The notes under the pieces: generated by a model
Database searches by the model: none
What the model saw: only the letters and a program-made list of their open reading frames with translations
Told to the model about the DNA's origin: nothing
Translations under genes and position numbers: made by a program
Origin: a virus
Virus record (IMG/VR): IMGVR_UViG_3300030102_007485
Span: 13,880-77,879 of that record
Direction: 5' to 3' (one strand)
DNA length: 64,000 bases
Shown: positions 1 to 9,060 of the stretch, one piece after another
Layout of the letters: every line of letters begins with the position of its first letter
Numbering within the stretch: the stretch's first letter is position 1

Positions 1-18
1 TCAGAAGTTACTTAAAAA

Positions 19-372
19 GTGGACAAAGAAATAAAAACAAGATATAAAGCAAAATTGATCCGGGTTGTCGATGGAGACACTATCGACGCCCAGATTGATT
101 TGGGTTTCGATATCTTTGTTAATAAAAGAATACGTTTATGGGGAATTAATGCCCCTGAGACGCGTTCAAAGGACAAGGATGAGGTTAGTGCTGGAAAGAA
201 GACTTTGATGCGTCTAGCGTCCATTCTCGCCCTCTCAGGTGGAGAGTTTGAGGTAATCACTCACGGTGATGGCAAGTATGGTCGGTGTTTGGGCGAAATA
301 TACGTGGAAGACTTCCAAGAAAGTGTAAATCAACTACTAATCAATGAAGGTCTAGCAAAGGAATATATATAA
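19..372 (+). CDS. Thermonuclease (SNase-like) nuclease
   Basis: RVVDGDTID, RIRLWGINAPE, GKYGRCLG and VNQLLINEGLA are SNase-family motifs; GTG start after an in-frame stop at 13-15. Confidence 0.9.
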   Translation: MDKEIKTRYKAKLIRVVDGDTIDAQIDLGFDIFVNKRIRLWGINAPETRSKDKDEVSAGKKTLMRLASILALSGGEFEVITHGDGKYGRCLGEIYVEDFQESVNQLLINEGLAKEYI

Positions 373-713
373 TGAAAAAGATTGTTGAAAATTTTCGTAA
401 ATTCGCAGATTCGGGTGATGAAATTGATAAATTGGTTGCGAAATACTATTCTGACCTGAGTGATGACGCCCGTCAGGAGAAGGTAGACTTTTTCAAGAAA
501 AGGATGAAAGCGTCAGTTCGGACCAATGGAGAATGGATTCGCAAAACTATGCTTCATTCTTTTGAGCAAAAAATGAAAGCAGAACGGCAAAGAAGAGAAA
601 GGACACCAGAAGAGACCGCCGCAGCAAAGGCAGCATCAGAAAAATCAAAATTAAAATCAGATGAAAGAGAAAGGGAGATGAGAAGAAAGTACGGCAGAAG
701 GTGGAATAAGTAA
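372..713 (+). CDS. Charged hypothetical protein with MKKIVENFRKF N-terminus
   Basis: ORF overlaps upstream stop; N-terminus resembles that of ORF 9061. Confidence 0.7.
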   Translation: MKKIVENFRKFADSGDEIDKLVAKYYSDLSDDARQEKVDFFKKRMKASVRTNGEWIRKTMLHSFEQKMKAERQRRERTPEETAAAKAASEKSKLKSDEREREMRRKYGRRWNK

Positions 714-714
714 G

Positions 715-891
715 ATGTGTATAATTTGTGTTGAGTTGGAGAAGAACAGACTTACTGTTATCGAAGCGCGTAGGAATTATTGTGAAATGAAACCATTTCT
801 AGGGGATCATGCTGAAGAGGTCGAAAAGTTGATGTTAGAGAAAGAGATAGAGGAAATATTACAAGGTTATATAGAATTCGAGGAGGATTAG
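715..891 (+). CDS. Small hypothetical protein, 58 aa (MCIICVELEKNRLTVIEARRN...), not in ORF track
   Basis: Hand translation; fills the gap between neighbouring genes; N-terminal CxxC. Confidence 0.7.
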   Translation: MCIICVELEKNRLTVIEARRNYCEMKPFLGDHAEEVEKLMLEKEIEEILQGYIEFEED

Positions 892-892
892 T

Positions 893-1054
893 ATGAGTAT
901 TGAGATGGTGTTGTTAATTGTTGCAGTCGCGATACAATTTTTAAACAACAGAAGGATTGATAAAAAATTAGAAGAACTAGAAGACAGGACAATCCTCACA
1001 ATAAGAAACCCAGTAATGGCGAGAAGAAGTCTTTTAAGAAAAGAAAAAAAATAG
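893..1054 (+). CDS. Small membrane-anchored hypothetical protein, 53 aa (MSIEMVLLIVAVAIQFL...), not in ORF track
   Basis: AGGAGG Shine-Dalgarno (SD) at 881-886; hydrophobic N-terminus followed by charged helix. Confidence 0.65.
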   Translation: MSIEMVLLIVAVAIQFLNNRRIDKKLEELEDRTILTIRNPVMARRSLLRKEKK

Positions 1055-1114
1055 TTACATTGCTTGCTTCTTTGTGATAATATCAATCTACATTAACAAA
1101 GGAAGATAAAAAAC

Positions 1115-2116
1115 ATGTATGCAGATGTAGTAGTTGATCTACAGTTTGGTGATTGTGGCAAGGGGAAGGTGGCACACCATCTTTGTAAGACCGGAGACTA
1201 CACTCACGTAGTGCGATATAATGGCGGATGTAACGCTGGTCATACAATTTACCATGAAGGTAAGAGATTTATAACACACCACATACCATGTGGTGTTTTT
1301 TTTGGCATTAGGTCCATTATTGGACCTGGTTGTGTTGTCAACACTGAGCGGTTCTTGTCCGAAGTAGAAGAACTTGAGAGTGCCGGAATAGATACCAGAA
1401 GTCTTATTGGGATAGCATCAAATGCCCACATAATTACAGACTTCCATGTATCGGAAGACAGTAGGGACACAGAGATTGGAACCACCAAACGCGGAAATGG
1501 TCCTGCGTATAGAGATAAGTATGCCCGACGAGGTGTGCGTGCTTTAGAAGACCCAAGACTTGCCGAATACATAGTTGACATCTATGAAGAATTCCACAAC
1601 AACCCAAACTTTAAAGAAATAGGGGTTTTGTTTGAAGGTGCACAAGGATTTGGATTAGACGTGGACTGGGGCGACTACCCCTATGTGACATCGTCTCATT
1701 GCACCGTTGGTTCAGCGATCTTGAACGGTATTCCACCAAGTTGTATTAGAAATGTTTGGGGTGTTGCTAAGGTTTATGAGACCTATGTTGGCGCAAAAGA
1801 GTTTCAGGGTGATGATCCTGACTTTGATATTATCAGAGAACTTGGAGAAGAGTATGGGGCGACTACTGGTCGCCCTCGGCAAGTAAACTGGTTTGACTTA
1901 GATCGAATTGAGATGGCAGTCAATATCAACGGAGTCAACAAGTTGGTTATAAACAAAGTGGATGTTTTAAAAGAGTTGGGTCGCTGGGCAGTATACCACG
2001 GTCCAGATGTGCTCGAATTTGAAACAGCAAGTGATATGAATGGGTATATTATGGAAAATGTACGATCACCCACAGACATTGAGTATTACTTTTCCGAGAG
2101 CAAGCACAGAATTTAA
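1115..2116 (+). CDS. purA: Adenylosuccinate synthetase (short form)
   Basis: QFGDCGKGK P-loop, GGCNAGHT, IGTTKRGNGPAY, FEGAQG, GDYPYVTSS, EYGATTGRPR; SD AAGGA upstream. Confidence 0.95.
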   Translation: MYADVVVDLQFGDCGKGKVAHHLCKTGDYTHVVRYNGGCNAGHTIYHEGKRFITHHIPCGVFFGIRSIIGPGCVVNTERFLSEVEELESAGIDTRSLIGIASNAHIITDFHVSEDSRDTEIGTTKRGNGPAYRDKYARRGVRALEDPRLAEYIVDIYEEFHNNPNFKEIGVLFEGAQGFGLDVDWGDYPYVTSSHCTVGSAILNGIPPSCIRNVWGVAKVYETYVGAKEFQGDDPDFDIIRELGEEYGATTGRPRQVNWFDLDRIEMAVNINGVNKLVINKVDVLKELGRWAVYHGPDVLEFETASDMNGYIMENVRSPTDIEYYFSESKHRI

Positions 2117-2143
2117 AAGTTTTGTTGTTTTGATTCGATATAC

Positions 2144-2150
2144 CTATTTA
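2144..2150 (+). promoter_or_regulatory. Candidate late promoter CTATTTA
   Basis: Recurrent motif, 4 nt before ATG 2155; same spacing at 7615, 34111 and 12729 (minus strand). Confidence 0.5.
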
Positions 2151-2154
2151 TTGT

Positions 2155-2652
2155 ATGGATTTACACAAACTACAAGACTTAACTGAAGAGTTTCTTCGCT
2201 TCTTTGCTGAACAGAGGCAAATCAATCTTGATGACATGCCACAGGTAAATTTTGTCATGGATGAAAAGTTTGCAAACGATCCCTTCGGAATGACTGGGTA
2301 TTACAATCCTGAAAACTCAGAAATTTACGCATTCGTTCCAGGGCGTCACTATAAAGACATTATGAGAACTGTCGCGCATGAGTGCATACATCATGTGCAA
2401 AATCTACGCGGTGATCTTTCGGAAATGGGAGACATGGGGGAAGGTTATGCACAAAATAACCAAAAGATGAGAGAGATGGAGAAAGAGGCGTACCTTGAGG
2501 GGAATATGCTTTTTCGAGATTGGACCGACACGCGCAAAGAAGGATACAAAAAAAAGAAGTTGATGAAAGAAAATCGCGACTTGCAACCTACAAGCAAGAG
2601 TGAAGTTTTGTACAAAAGACTTTTGAAAAAATGGACGAGACACGACCGATGA
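2155..2652 (+). CDS. HExxH zinc metallopeptidase-like protein
   Basis: RTVAHECIHHVQ plus downstream EKEA. Confidence 0.7.
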   Translation: MDLHKLQDLTEEFLRFFAEQRQINLDDMPQVNFVMDEKFANDPFGMTGYYNPENSEIYAFVPGRHYKDIMRTVAHECIHHVQNLRGDLSEMGDMGEGYAQNNQKMREMEKEAYLEGNMLFRDWTDTRKEGYKKKKLMKENRDLQPTSKSEVLYKRLLKKWTRHDR

Positions 2653-2900
2653 ATTACGATGACATGAACCAAATAACAAAAAAGTTTCTGCTAAATGAAG
2701 GCGAAACTTCCATCAAAGAGTATGTTCAATCTCTTATGGAAATAATAAATTCCTTGACTTTAACCACTCAGCGTGATATAAATAGAAGAAAGATAGCGAA
2801 TAGTCACGTTAAAGAAATTAGAAGAAGATGTCGGAGACTGGAAGAAAGAATCGGTCTCTTGGAAGAACAGATAACTATCCTGGAAGAAACCAAGGAGTAG
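2631..2900 (+). CDS. Hypothetical coiled-coil protein (start may be 2649 or 2664)
   Basis: ORF tightly packed between neighbours. Confidence 0.65.
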   Translation: MDETRPMNYDDMNQITKKFLLNEGETSIKEYVQSLMEIINSLTLTTQRDINRRKIANSHVKEIRRRCRRLEERIGLLEEQITILEETKE

Positions 2901-2904
2901 AAAC

Positions 2905-5007
2905 ATGAGTGGTCTCGGTGGTCACATGCCTCATATTCATGAGGATTATAATCTTACTTTTTTTCAACTAAAAAAAATCTTAAAGGAATTATCAAACGGT
3001 AATACGACCGGAACTGAAAAGTTAGACGGTCAAAATTTATATATCTCGTACTCTCTTTCTGAGGGTTGTGCCAAGGCGGCACGAAATAAGACAAACATCA
3101 AAGACGGCGGTTTAAATTCTGCTGAACTAGCAAGTAAATTTTTTGGACGTGGAGACCTAGAGTCATCTTTCAACGATGCTTTTGCTCGCTTTGAAGAAGT
3201 GGTTTCAAAAATGTCTGACGATGAAAAGCGCACTGTCTTTGGAGAAAGTGCTGACATTTACTATAATGTAGAAATAATTGATCCACGAACTCAAAACATC
3301 ATTGAATATAACACGACTGCAATGGTGATCCACCGCTCTAATCACATTTGTGTTAACGGTAAGCATAATTTCAATAAACTAGAAGAGATTTTAAATAGAG
3401 TCAATTCCTTCGATCACAAGGTGGTGACAAACCCAATCAGAAAAATTGGACCACTATCTGAGTCGAAGACTGTGGAGTATCTTTCCCGAATTGACGCTGC
3501 CTATCAAGAGGTTGGGTTAAAGGAGACTTCCACAATCGCTGAATATCTTGTGCACAAGTGTTTGCCTAAAGTTATGGAATTGGGTTTGTCTAAAGAGAAA
3601 AATTCTTCAATCTTGAAGAGACTTGTTACGAGAAAGTTCCCAAACCTAAATGAAATTAAAAAAGGACTCACTGCCGAACAGAAAAAGTCAGTATCTAAGT
3701 TGATCAATGACAAATCCACTGTACGAGATGCTATGTTTGTCGTCGAGAGCGTACTGCACGATTTCTCAGTTTCATTATTGTCTACCTTTACTAGCGGTTA
3801 CTCGAACAACACAGGCGGCAAAGGACTATATGAAAGGTTTGTGACCGCCAAGTCCAAGATTGAAACAAGTGAGTATGATAAGGCAAGAAGTATCTTAAAA
3901 CTTAACATGTCTAAGATTTCTCAATTAGAGGACGTAATTTTCGAGACTGAGGGTTTTGTCTTCAATAGTGGCGACATGGTGTACAAGATCACTGGCAACT
4001 TTGCTCCAGTTAATCAGATTTTAGGATTGTTTACATTTGGTCGCGGTGAGGTGCCACCACTTAGGGAGGTGGAGGAGAAGGAAGAGGATCCCAAACCAGA
4101 GGTACCCAGTCAAAAGATTGCTGTATTTCCAGGTGCTTTTAAACCACCGCACATGGGTCACCTCAAGGTGGTTGATCATTTCCTTGAGGACAAAAATGTG
4201 GACAAGGTGGTGGTCTTAATTTCAGATCCTAGTTCAAGGCAATCACAAAGGTCCATATCTCCTGCTAGAGATATCACCGCAAATGACTCCAAAGAGATTT
4301 GGGAGAAGATGACATCTGGTCGAAGCGGCATTGAGATCGTAGTTTCATCAGCACCCAGTCCAGTGTCCTCGACCTTTGAGTACATCGGAGAAGATGGATC
4401 AGCGCCAAAAAACGCAACCATTCTTCTCGCATCTAGTGATAAGGACAACGACAGTCGTTTCAGGTCCGTAGAAAGGTATGCTAGAGGCGACTTAGACGTG
4501 GTAGTTGATACTATCCCTTCAACAAACCATTCGACGTCTTATATGCAAAATTTATCGCAAGATAAGAAGATTTTAAATGATCTGCCTTCCTTGCAGTCAG
4601 GAAAGGATCCAAGTTTGTTTCACGCTTCAGACATGAGATATCTTATTGGTCTAGCGCAAGAAGGAAATAAGAATGCAACATTTTTGCTTGGGGACTTTTT
4701 GCCAGAAAATGTAATTCAGTATGTACTAAGACTTTTCTCAGTAGATTTGTCAGAAGATTTTCAGTCAAAGATGAAAAAGAGGTTGTCTAAGTCGCATGTG
4801 GATCTTTTAGATCAGGGGGGTCAACCAAATTCTTCGCCCTATAACCAAAAGCGACCAAAAGACAAATCTAACGCTTTTTTGGCAAAAGAAGAGGAAGAGT
4901 TAGAAGAGATCTCTGCGATGGGGGCAGGTGCCGTTTCTGGTTATTCTGCTCCGGTTGGACAGAAGAAAAGGAAAAAAAGAAAAAAAAATCCTAATTACAA
5001 GGATTGA
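2905..5007 (+). CDS. Fusion of an N-terminal ligase-like (KxDG) domain and a C-terminal HxGH cytidylyltransferase-like domain
   Basis: TEKLDGQN (motif I), EGFVF...YKITG (motifs IV/V); FPGAFKPPHMGH HIGH-type motif; SD AAGGAG. Confidence 0.75.
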   Translation: MSGLGGHMPHIHEDYNLTFFQLKKILKELSNGNTTGTEKLDGQNLYISYSLSEGCAKAARNKTNIKDGGLNSAELASKFFGRGDLESSFNDAFARFEEVVSKMSDDEKRTVFGESADIYYNVEIIDPRTQNIIEYNTTAMVIHRSNHICVNGKHNFNKLEEILNRVNSFDHKVVTNPIRKIGPLSESKTVEYLSRIDAAYQEVGLKETSTIAEYLVHKCLPKVMELGLSKEKNSSILKRLVTRKFPNLNEIKKGLTAEQKKSVSKLINDKSTVRDAMFVVESVLHDFSVSLLSTFTSGYSNNTGGKGLYERFVTAKSKIETSEYDKARSILKLNMSKISQLEDVIFETEGFVFNSGDMVYKITGNFAPVNQILGLFTFGRGEVPPLREVEEKEEDPKPEVPSQKIAVFPGAFKPPHMGHLKVVDHFLEDKNVDKVVVLISDPSSRQSQRSISPARDITANDSKEIWEKMTSGRSGIEIVVSSAPSPVSSTFEYIGEDGSAPKNATILLASSDKDNDSRFRSVERYARGDLDVVVDTIPSTNHSTSYMQNLSQDKKILNDLPSLQSGKDPSLFHASDMRYLIGLAQEGNKNATFLLGDFLPENVIQYVLRLFSVDLSEDFQSKMKKRLSKSHVDLLDQGGQPNSSPYNQKRPKDKSNAFLAKEEEELEEISAMGAGAVSGYSAPVGQKKRKKRKKNPNYKD

Positions 5008-5017
5008 GGGTTTAGAC

Positions 5018-5713
5018 ATGATTTCTAGAGAAGAGATGCATAAAGAATTTGTACTAAGAGAAAGTATAAAAAAGACAATTAAAAACAAAATAGAGACGAG
5101 TTTGAGGGCAAAAAAGACCGACCTTATTGAAGAGATTAAATTAAGGTCTGCCATAAACAAGATTCTCAGAGAAGCAGAACAAGACCCAAGTTCAGATCCT
5201 CATCCAAATACTGGTATAAATTTTTTAAAGGTCCTATTCAAGAATACAAATTTTCTTGCCTCCCTAGAAGAAGCGTATAAGTCCCTAACCACTACAGACG
5301 AACAAAGAAAGTCATTTGAGTCTCACATATTCAAGGGAATAGAGATGACATTTTCTCGACTAGACGACATGGACACAGAAGATATCAAAGAAGAGGTGGA
5401 CCTAGACATTGCACCAGAAGAGACTCCAGGGTATGTTGAGAAAAATTCAAAGACTAAAAAAGATGAAGAAAACGATGAGCGCGAAGAGTTTGACATTGTA
5501 GGGACAGATGAGACAGGAAGAAACGTTGCGTTTGAGACATACAAGAAGGTAGAAAAGTCCCTGATAGATCAATATGTGTCTATGGGAGACGATGATGATC
5601 GTGCCGCCTTCAAGAAGTATTTGATGTTAAATTTACAGCATTATTTTGATCAGTGGGAGTCAGAACTATCACCCACTGAACCTTCAGAAGAAGAACAGTT
5701 TGACGAAGTTTAG
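5018..5713 (+). CDS. Acidic hypothetical protein, probable virion/head-associated (start 5018 rather than 4928)
   Basis: SD GAGGG and CTAATTA (4991) upstream; LRE motifs. Confidence 0.65.
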   Translation: MISREEMHKEFVLRESIKKTIKNKIETSLRAKKTDLIEEIKLRSAINKILREAEQDPSSDPHPNTGINFLKVLFKNTNFLASLEEAYKSLTTTDEQRKSFESHIFKGIEMTFSRLDDMDTEDIKEEVDLDIAPEETPGYVEKNSKTKKDEENDEREEFDIVGTDETGRNVAFETYKKVEKSLIDQYVSMGDDDDRAAFKKYLMLNLQHYFDQWESELSPTEPSEEEQFDEV

Positions 5714-5730
5714 TTCGTACGAAATTCTTT

Positions 5731-5763
5731 AAAAAGAGCAAGTCTTAACTTGCTCTTTTTTTT
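5731..5763 (+). terminator. Intrinsic terminator, potentially bidirectional
   Basis: Perfect 13-bp inverted repeat AAAAAGAGCAAGT-ctta-ACTTGCTCTTTTT running into a T tract. Confidence 0.85.
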
Positions 5764-5773
5764 ATGGTATAAT
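5745..5773 (+). promoter_or_regulatory. Sigma70-type promoter TTAACT-N17-TATAAT with extended -10 TG
   Basis: TGgTATAAT at 5765-5773; ATG 5780 lies at the expected +1 (leaderless). Confidence 0.6.
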
Positions 5774-5779
5774 CCTTTT

Positions 5780-6154
5780 ATGAAAAAGCAAGAAGTCTTA
5801 AAGCGCCGCCGCGGAAAAAATTACTATACATCTTTATCTAAAGATTTAAAAAAAAGTGGTAAGATTGATTCTTTTTTTGAAATTCAATTAGCACAACTAA
5901 CGATTGAAGACATACTGGCACTTAAATTGGAATTGGCAGCAAAGTCTTTTAACGGCAAGTTGTACGGATATCCTGTTATACAAAACATTACAAATATAGT
6001 GAGAGAGGCATCAATAAAGTTTGCACTCTCTGTGACTCCTTCTAAGGGTGAAGCAAGTAATCTGCTTGGTTGTACCTTGGAGGATCTAAACAATTACATA
6101 AAAAAGTATCATCTACAAGAATTTTGTGAAGCAATAATTACAAAAAGGAATTAA
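5780..6154 (+). CDS. Fis-type HTH DNA-binding protein (start 5780)
   Basis: C-terminal IKFALSVTPSKGEASNLLGCTLEDLNNYIKKY resembles a Fis HTH. Confidence 0.6.
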   Translation: MKKQEVLKRRRGKNYYTSLSKDLKKSGKIDSFFEIQLAQLTIEDILALKLELAAKSFNGKLYGYPVIQNITNIVREASIKFALSVTPSKGEASNLLGCTLEDLNNYIKKYHLQEFCEAIITKRN

Positions 6155-6158
6155 ATAT

Positions 6159-6908
6159 ATGACGATTGACCCCTACAGAACGATATATGTTTTTGATATT
6201 GACGGCACATTAACCGAACCACGACAAAAAATGACCGAAGATTTTTGCTTCTTGTTCTCGGATTGGTCTCAGACAAGGGAAGTGGTCCTTGCAACAGGAA
6301 GTGATTATCAGAAAGTAAAGCAACAATTACCTTCCAGCATACTTGACCGTTGTCAGTTGGTTTTCTGCTGCATGGGTAATGAAGTGAGAAATTCTGATGG
6401 TACGGTAATAGATACAAACTCCTTTACGTTGTCTGAGGAGATGGAAAATGACTTGAAAAATTTTTTGGTCAATTCTTCATACGCTGAAAAAGTGGGACGC
6501 CACATTGAATATCGCACCGGCATGGTCAACTTTTCTGTAGTCGGCAGAAATGCTAGTCTTGAGCAACGCAAGCGATACAATTTGTGGGACAAAGTAAATC
6601 AGGAAAGAATGTCTATAGCGGAGGCAATAAATTCAAAATACCCTGAAATCGACGCAACCGTCGGAGGATCAATAAGTATTGACATCATAAAAAAAGGGGC
6701 AGACAAAGGACAGGTGGTAAAATACCTGCAAGATCTTAAGGTTGAAAGACTTGTTTTTGTCGGTGATCGTTGCTATCCTGGAGGAAACGACTTTGGTATT
6801 GTAAGAGAGTTAGAGGTTAGTAGTTTAGTGTATGAGTGGTTTAATGTAGAAAGTCCCAAGGGAACTATTGATTTGATTTTAAATAATTCTGCATTTAAAA
6901 GATTTTAG
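6159..6908 (+). CDS. HAD-IIB phosphomannomutase (eukaryote-type PMM)
   Basis: FDIDGTLTEPRQ, TGSDY, IEYRTGMVNFS, GGSISIDI, FVGDRCYPGGNDF. Confidence 0.88.
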   Translation: MTIDPYRTIYVFDIDGTLTEPRQKMTEDFCFLFSDWSQTREVVLATGSDYQKVKQQLPSSILDRCQLVFCCMGNEVRNSDGTVIDTNSFTLSEEMENDLKNFLVNSSYAEKVGRHIEYRTGMVNFSVVGRNASLEQRKRYNLWDKVNQERMSIAEAINSKYPEIDATVGGSISIDIIKKGADKGQVVKYLQDLKVERLVFVGDRCYPGGNDFGIVRELEVSSLVYEWFNVESPKGTIDLILNNSAFKRF

Positions 6909-6957
6909 TGTGTCACATAGGAATTGAGCATAATAATTAAACCGGGAGGTATTAGAT

Positions 6958-7026
6958 ATGAGTGATTCAAAGAAATGCAGTTGTTGCGAGTGTTGCACAT
7001 GTACTTGTGAAAAGTGCTGCGAATAA
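6958..7026 (+). CDS. Metallothionein-like micropeptide MSDSKKCSCCECCTCTCEKCCE (22 aa, 9 Cys), not in ORF track
   Basis: Strong SD GGGAGGT at 6944-6950, ATAATTA at 6933-6939, CxC/CC pattern. Confidence 0.7.
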   Translation: MSDSKKCSCCECCTCTCEKCCE

Positions 7027-7032
7027 AGATTT

Positions 7033-7343
<311 letters not shown>

Positions 7344-7366
7344 TTTTTAACATTGGAGACTATTTG

Positions 7367-7549
7367 ATGAAGCATTTAAAACAAAATAATATATCTTATA
7401 TTAAGCATTTTTTCAGAGGGGTTGGTTTTGTTTTTTGGTCCTTGAAAATGTTAGGTGTATGTCTTATCCATGCTGTTTTCCCATTTTGGCATGAAGACAC
7501 CTTTTCCAGAGAAGTTGGTAAATTATCATCACGATTAAAAAATTTGTAA
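7367..7549 (+). CDS. Small membrane protein, DUF6356-like (start 7367)
   Basis: SD GGAG; H..YIKHF...IHAVFPF pattern; the 7298 start overlaps the tmRNA. Confidence 0.6.
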   Translation: MKHLKQNNISYIKHFFRGVGFVFWSLKMLGVCLIHAVFPFWHEDTFSREVGKLSSRLKNL

Positions 7550-7625
7550 GTTTGTATCACTTTTTGATTTAGAATCAGGCAGCACCTAGGCAACGTCTTT
7601 TATGAACTTGGCAACTATTTAAACC

Positions 7626-8213
7626 ATGCAGATCTTAATCGAAAAGTGGTCCAAGAAATATAAGAGATCAATTGATTGTAACAATCCAAAAGGTTTTTCT
7701 CAAAAAGCACACTGTCAAAGCAGAAAAAAGAGAGAAAATCTTACCTTAAATCAAATAATTCAAATTATTGATGAAGAAATACAAAATTTTCTAGATGAAA
7801 GGTGTCAAAAAGGTTACAAAACTCACCCTACAAGAAAAACTAAGAAAATGTTTGGTAGGACTTACAGAAATTGTGTCAAAGCAGATGAAAGTTCTGATCC
7901 AAAAAAGGGAACTGGTAAAAAACCAAAGGGATCTGGTAGAAGACTTTACACTGATGAAGACCCAAGTGACACTGTGAGTGTTAAGTTTCGAACTGTTTCT
8001 GACATAAAAGACACCTTTTCAAAGTCAAGTTTTAAAAGCAAGTCACATAAAAGACAATCTCAGATTATAAACCTAGTCCATCAGCGAGTTAGGGCAGCAT
8101 ATAATAATGCGAAAGACCCAGAAACCAAAGCAAGACTCAAGAAAGCACTTGATTATGCTAAGAAAAAGAAAGAGTCTTCAAAAGAGAAGACAAAGAGGAT
8201 GAATAGAAAATGA
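7626..8213 (+). CDS. Basic modular hypothetical protein
   Basis: Short Cys-pair modules and a DPKKGTGKKPKGSGRRLYTDE segment; CTATTTA 4 nt upstream. Confidence 0.7.
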   Translation: MQILIEKWSKKYKRSIDCNNPKGFSQKAHCQSRKKRENLTLNQIIQIIDEEIQNFLDERCQKGYKTHPTRKTKKMFGRTYRNCVKADESSDPKKGTGKKPKGSGRRLYTDEDPSDTVSVKFRTVSDIKDTFSKSSFKSKSHKRQSQIINLVHQRVRAAYNNAKDPETKARLKKALDYAKKKKESSKEKTKRMNRK

Positions 8214-8632
8214 AAAAGATTATAATAAAGATTATGAAAAAAGTAAAAGACTATATTTGCCCTCCTGCAACTCAAGATTTGAAACTAAACACTAAAAATC
8301 GTGATGCTACAATCAAACAATACAACTATGGTCCACTAAATGTTGATGAACCTGATGATTATTGGAAAGATATTGCAAAATATTGGAAAACTTCAGAGAA
8401 GGCAGCAAAGAAATCGAACTGTGGTAATTGCGTCGCCTTCGACATATCCCCAAGGATGAAAGATTGTATGCCGGGTGATACATTTGATAAGGATGGTCAA
8501 CTCGGATATTGCTGGATGCACCACTTTAAATGCCATTCCGCTAGGTCTTGCCACACTTGGGCGAAGGGTGGACCAATCAAGATAGACGATGAGTCTCATA
8601 AGTGGCAAGACAAGAATAAGTTTGGCAAGTGA
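8210..8632 (+). CDS. Cys/His-rich protein with HiPIP-like Cys spacing
   Basis: CGNCVAF...GYCWMHHFKCHSARSCHTW; ATGA overlap with upstream gene. Confidence 0.6.
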   Translation: MKKIIIKIMKKVKDYICPPATQDLKLNTKNRDATIKQYNYGPLNVDEPDDYWKDIAKYWKTSEKAAKKSNCGNCVAFDISPRMKDCMPGDTFDKDGQLGYCWMHHFKCHSARSCHTWAKGGPIKIDDESHKWQDKNKFGK

Positions 8633-8637
8633 TTTGT

Positions 8638-9021
8638 ATGGCGTATTCAAAACAAGTGATTGATCATTTTGAAAATCCAAGAAATGTAGGTTCTTTTGAT
8701 AAGGACGACACATCTGTTGGTACGGGTATCGTAGGTGCACCTGCTTGTGGAGACGTAATGAAGTTGCAAATAAAGGTGGACGAGAATGGCATAATTCAGG
8801 ACGCAAAGTTCAAAACATATGGTTGTGGTTCTGCCATTGCTTCATCTTCTCTTGTCACAGAGTGGATAAAGGGTCGCTCTCTGGATGATGCCCTTATGAT
8901 TAAAAATGTGGAAATAGCAAATCATCTTTCCCTCCCCCCAGTCAAGATTCATTGCTCTGTTTTAGCGGAGGATGCAATAAAGTCTGCAATTGAAGACTAC
9001 AAATCAAAATTAACAAACTAA
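8638..9021 (+). CDS. iscU: Fe-S cluster scaffold IscU (start 8638)
   Basis: MAYSKQVIDHFENPRNVG, GAPACGDVM, TYGCGSAIAS, LPPVKIHCS. Confidence 0.97.
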   Translation: MAYSKQVIDHFENPRNVGSFDKDDTSVGTGIVGAPACGDVMKLQIKVDENGIIQDAKFKTYGCGSAIASSSLVTEWIKGRSLDDALMIKNVEIANHLSLPPVKIHCSVLAEDAIKSAIEDYKSKLTN

Positions 9022-9060
9022 TTAAGTTAAAAATTATTGTTTTTATAGGGAGATTAATCG

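Noticed and set aside
1115-2116. PurZ (2-aminoadenine Z-genome) interpretation of the purA homologue
   Set aside because: It keeps the catalytic Asp (GDCGKG; PurZ has Ser) and the TTGRxR Arg, so it reads as PurA; no DatZ/MazZ partner is seen in the window
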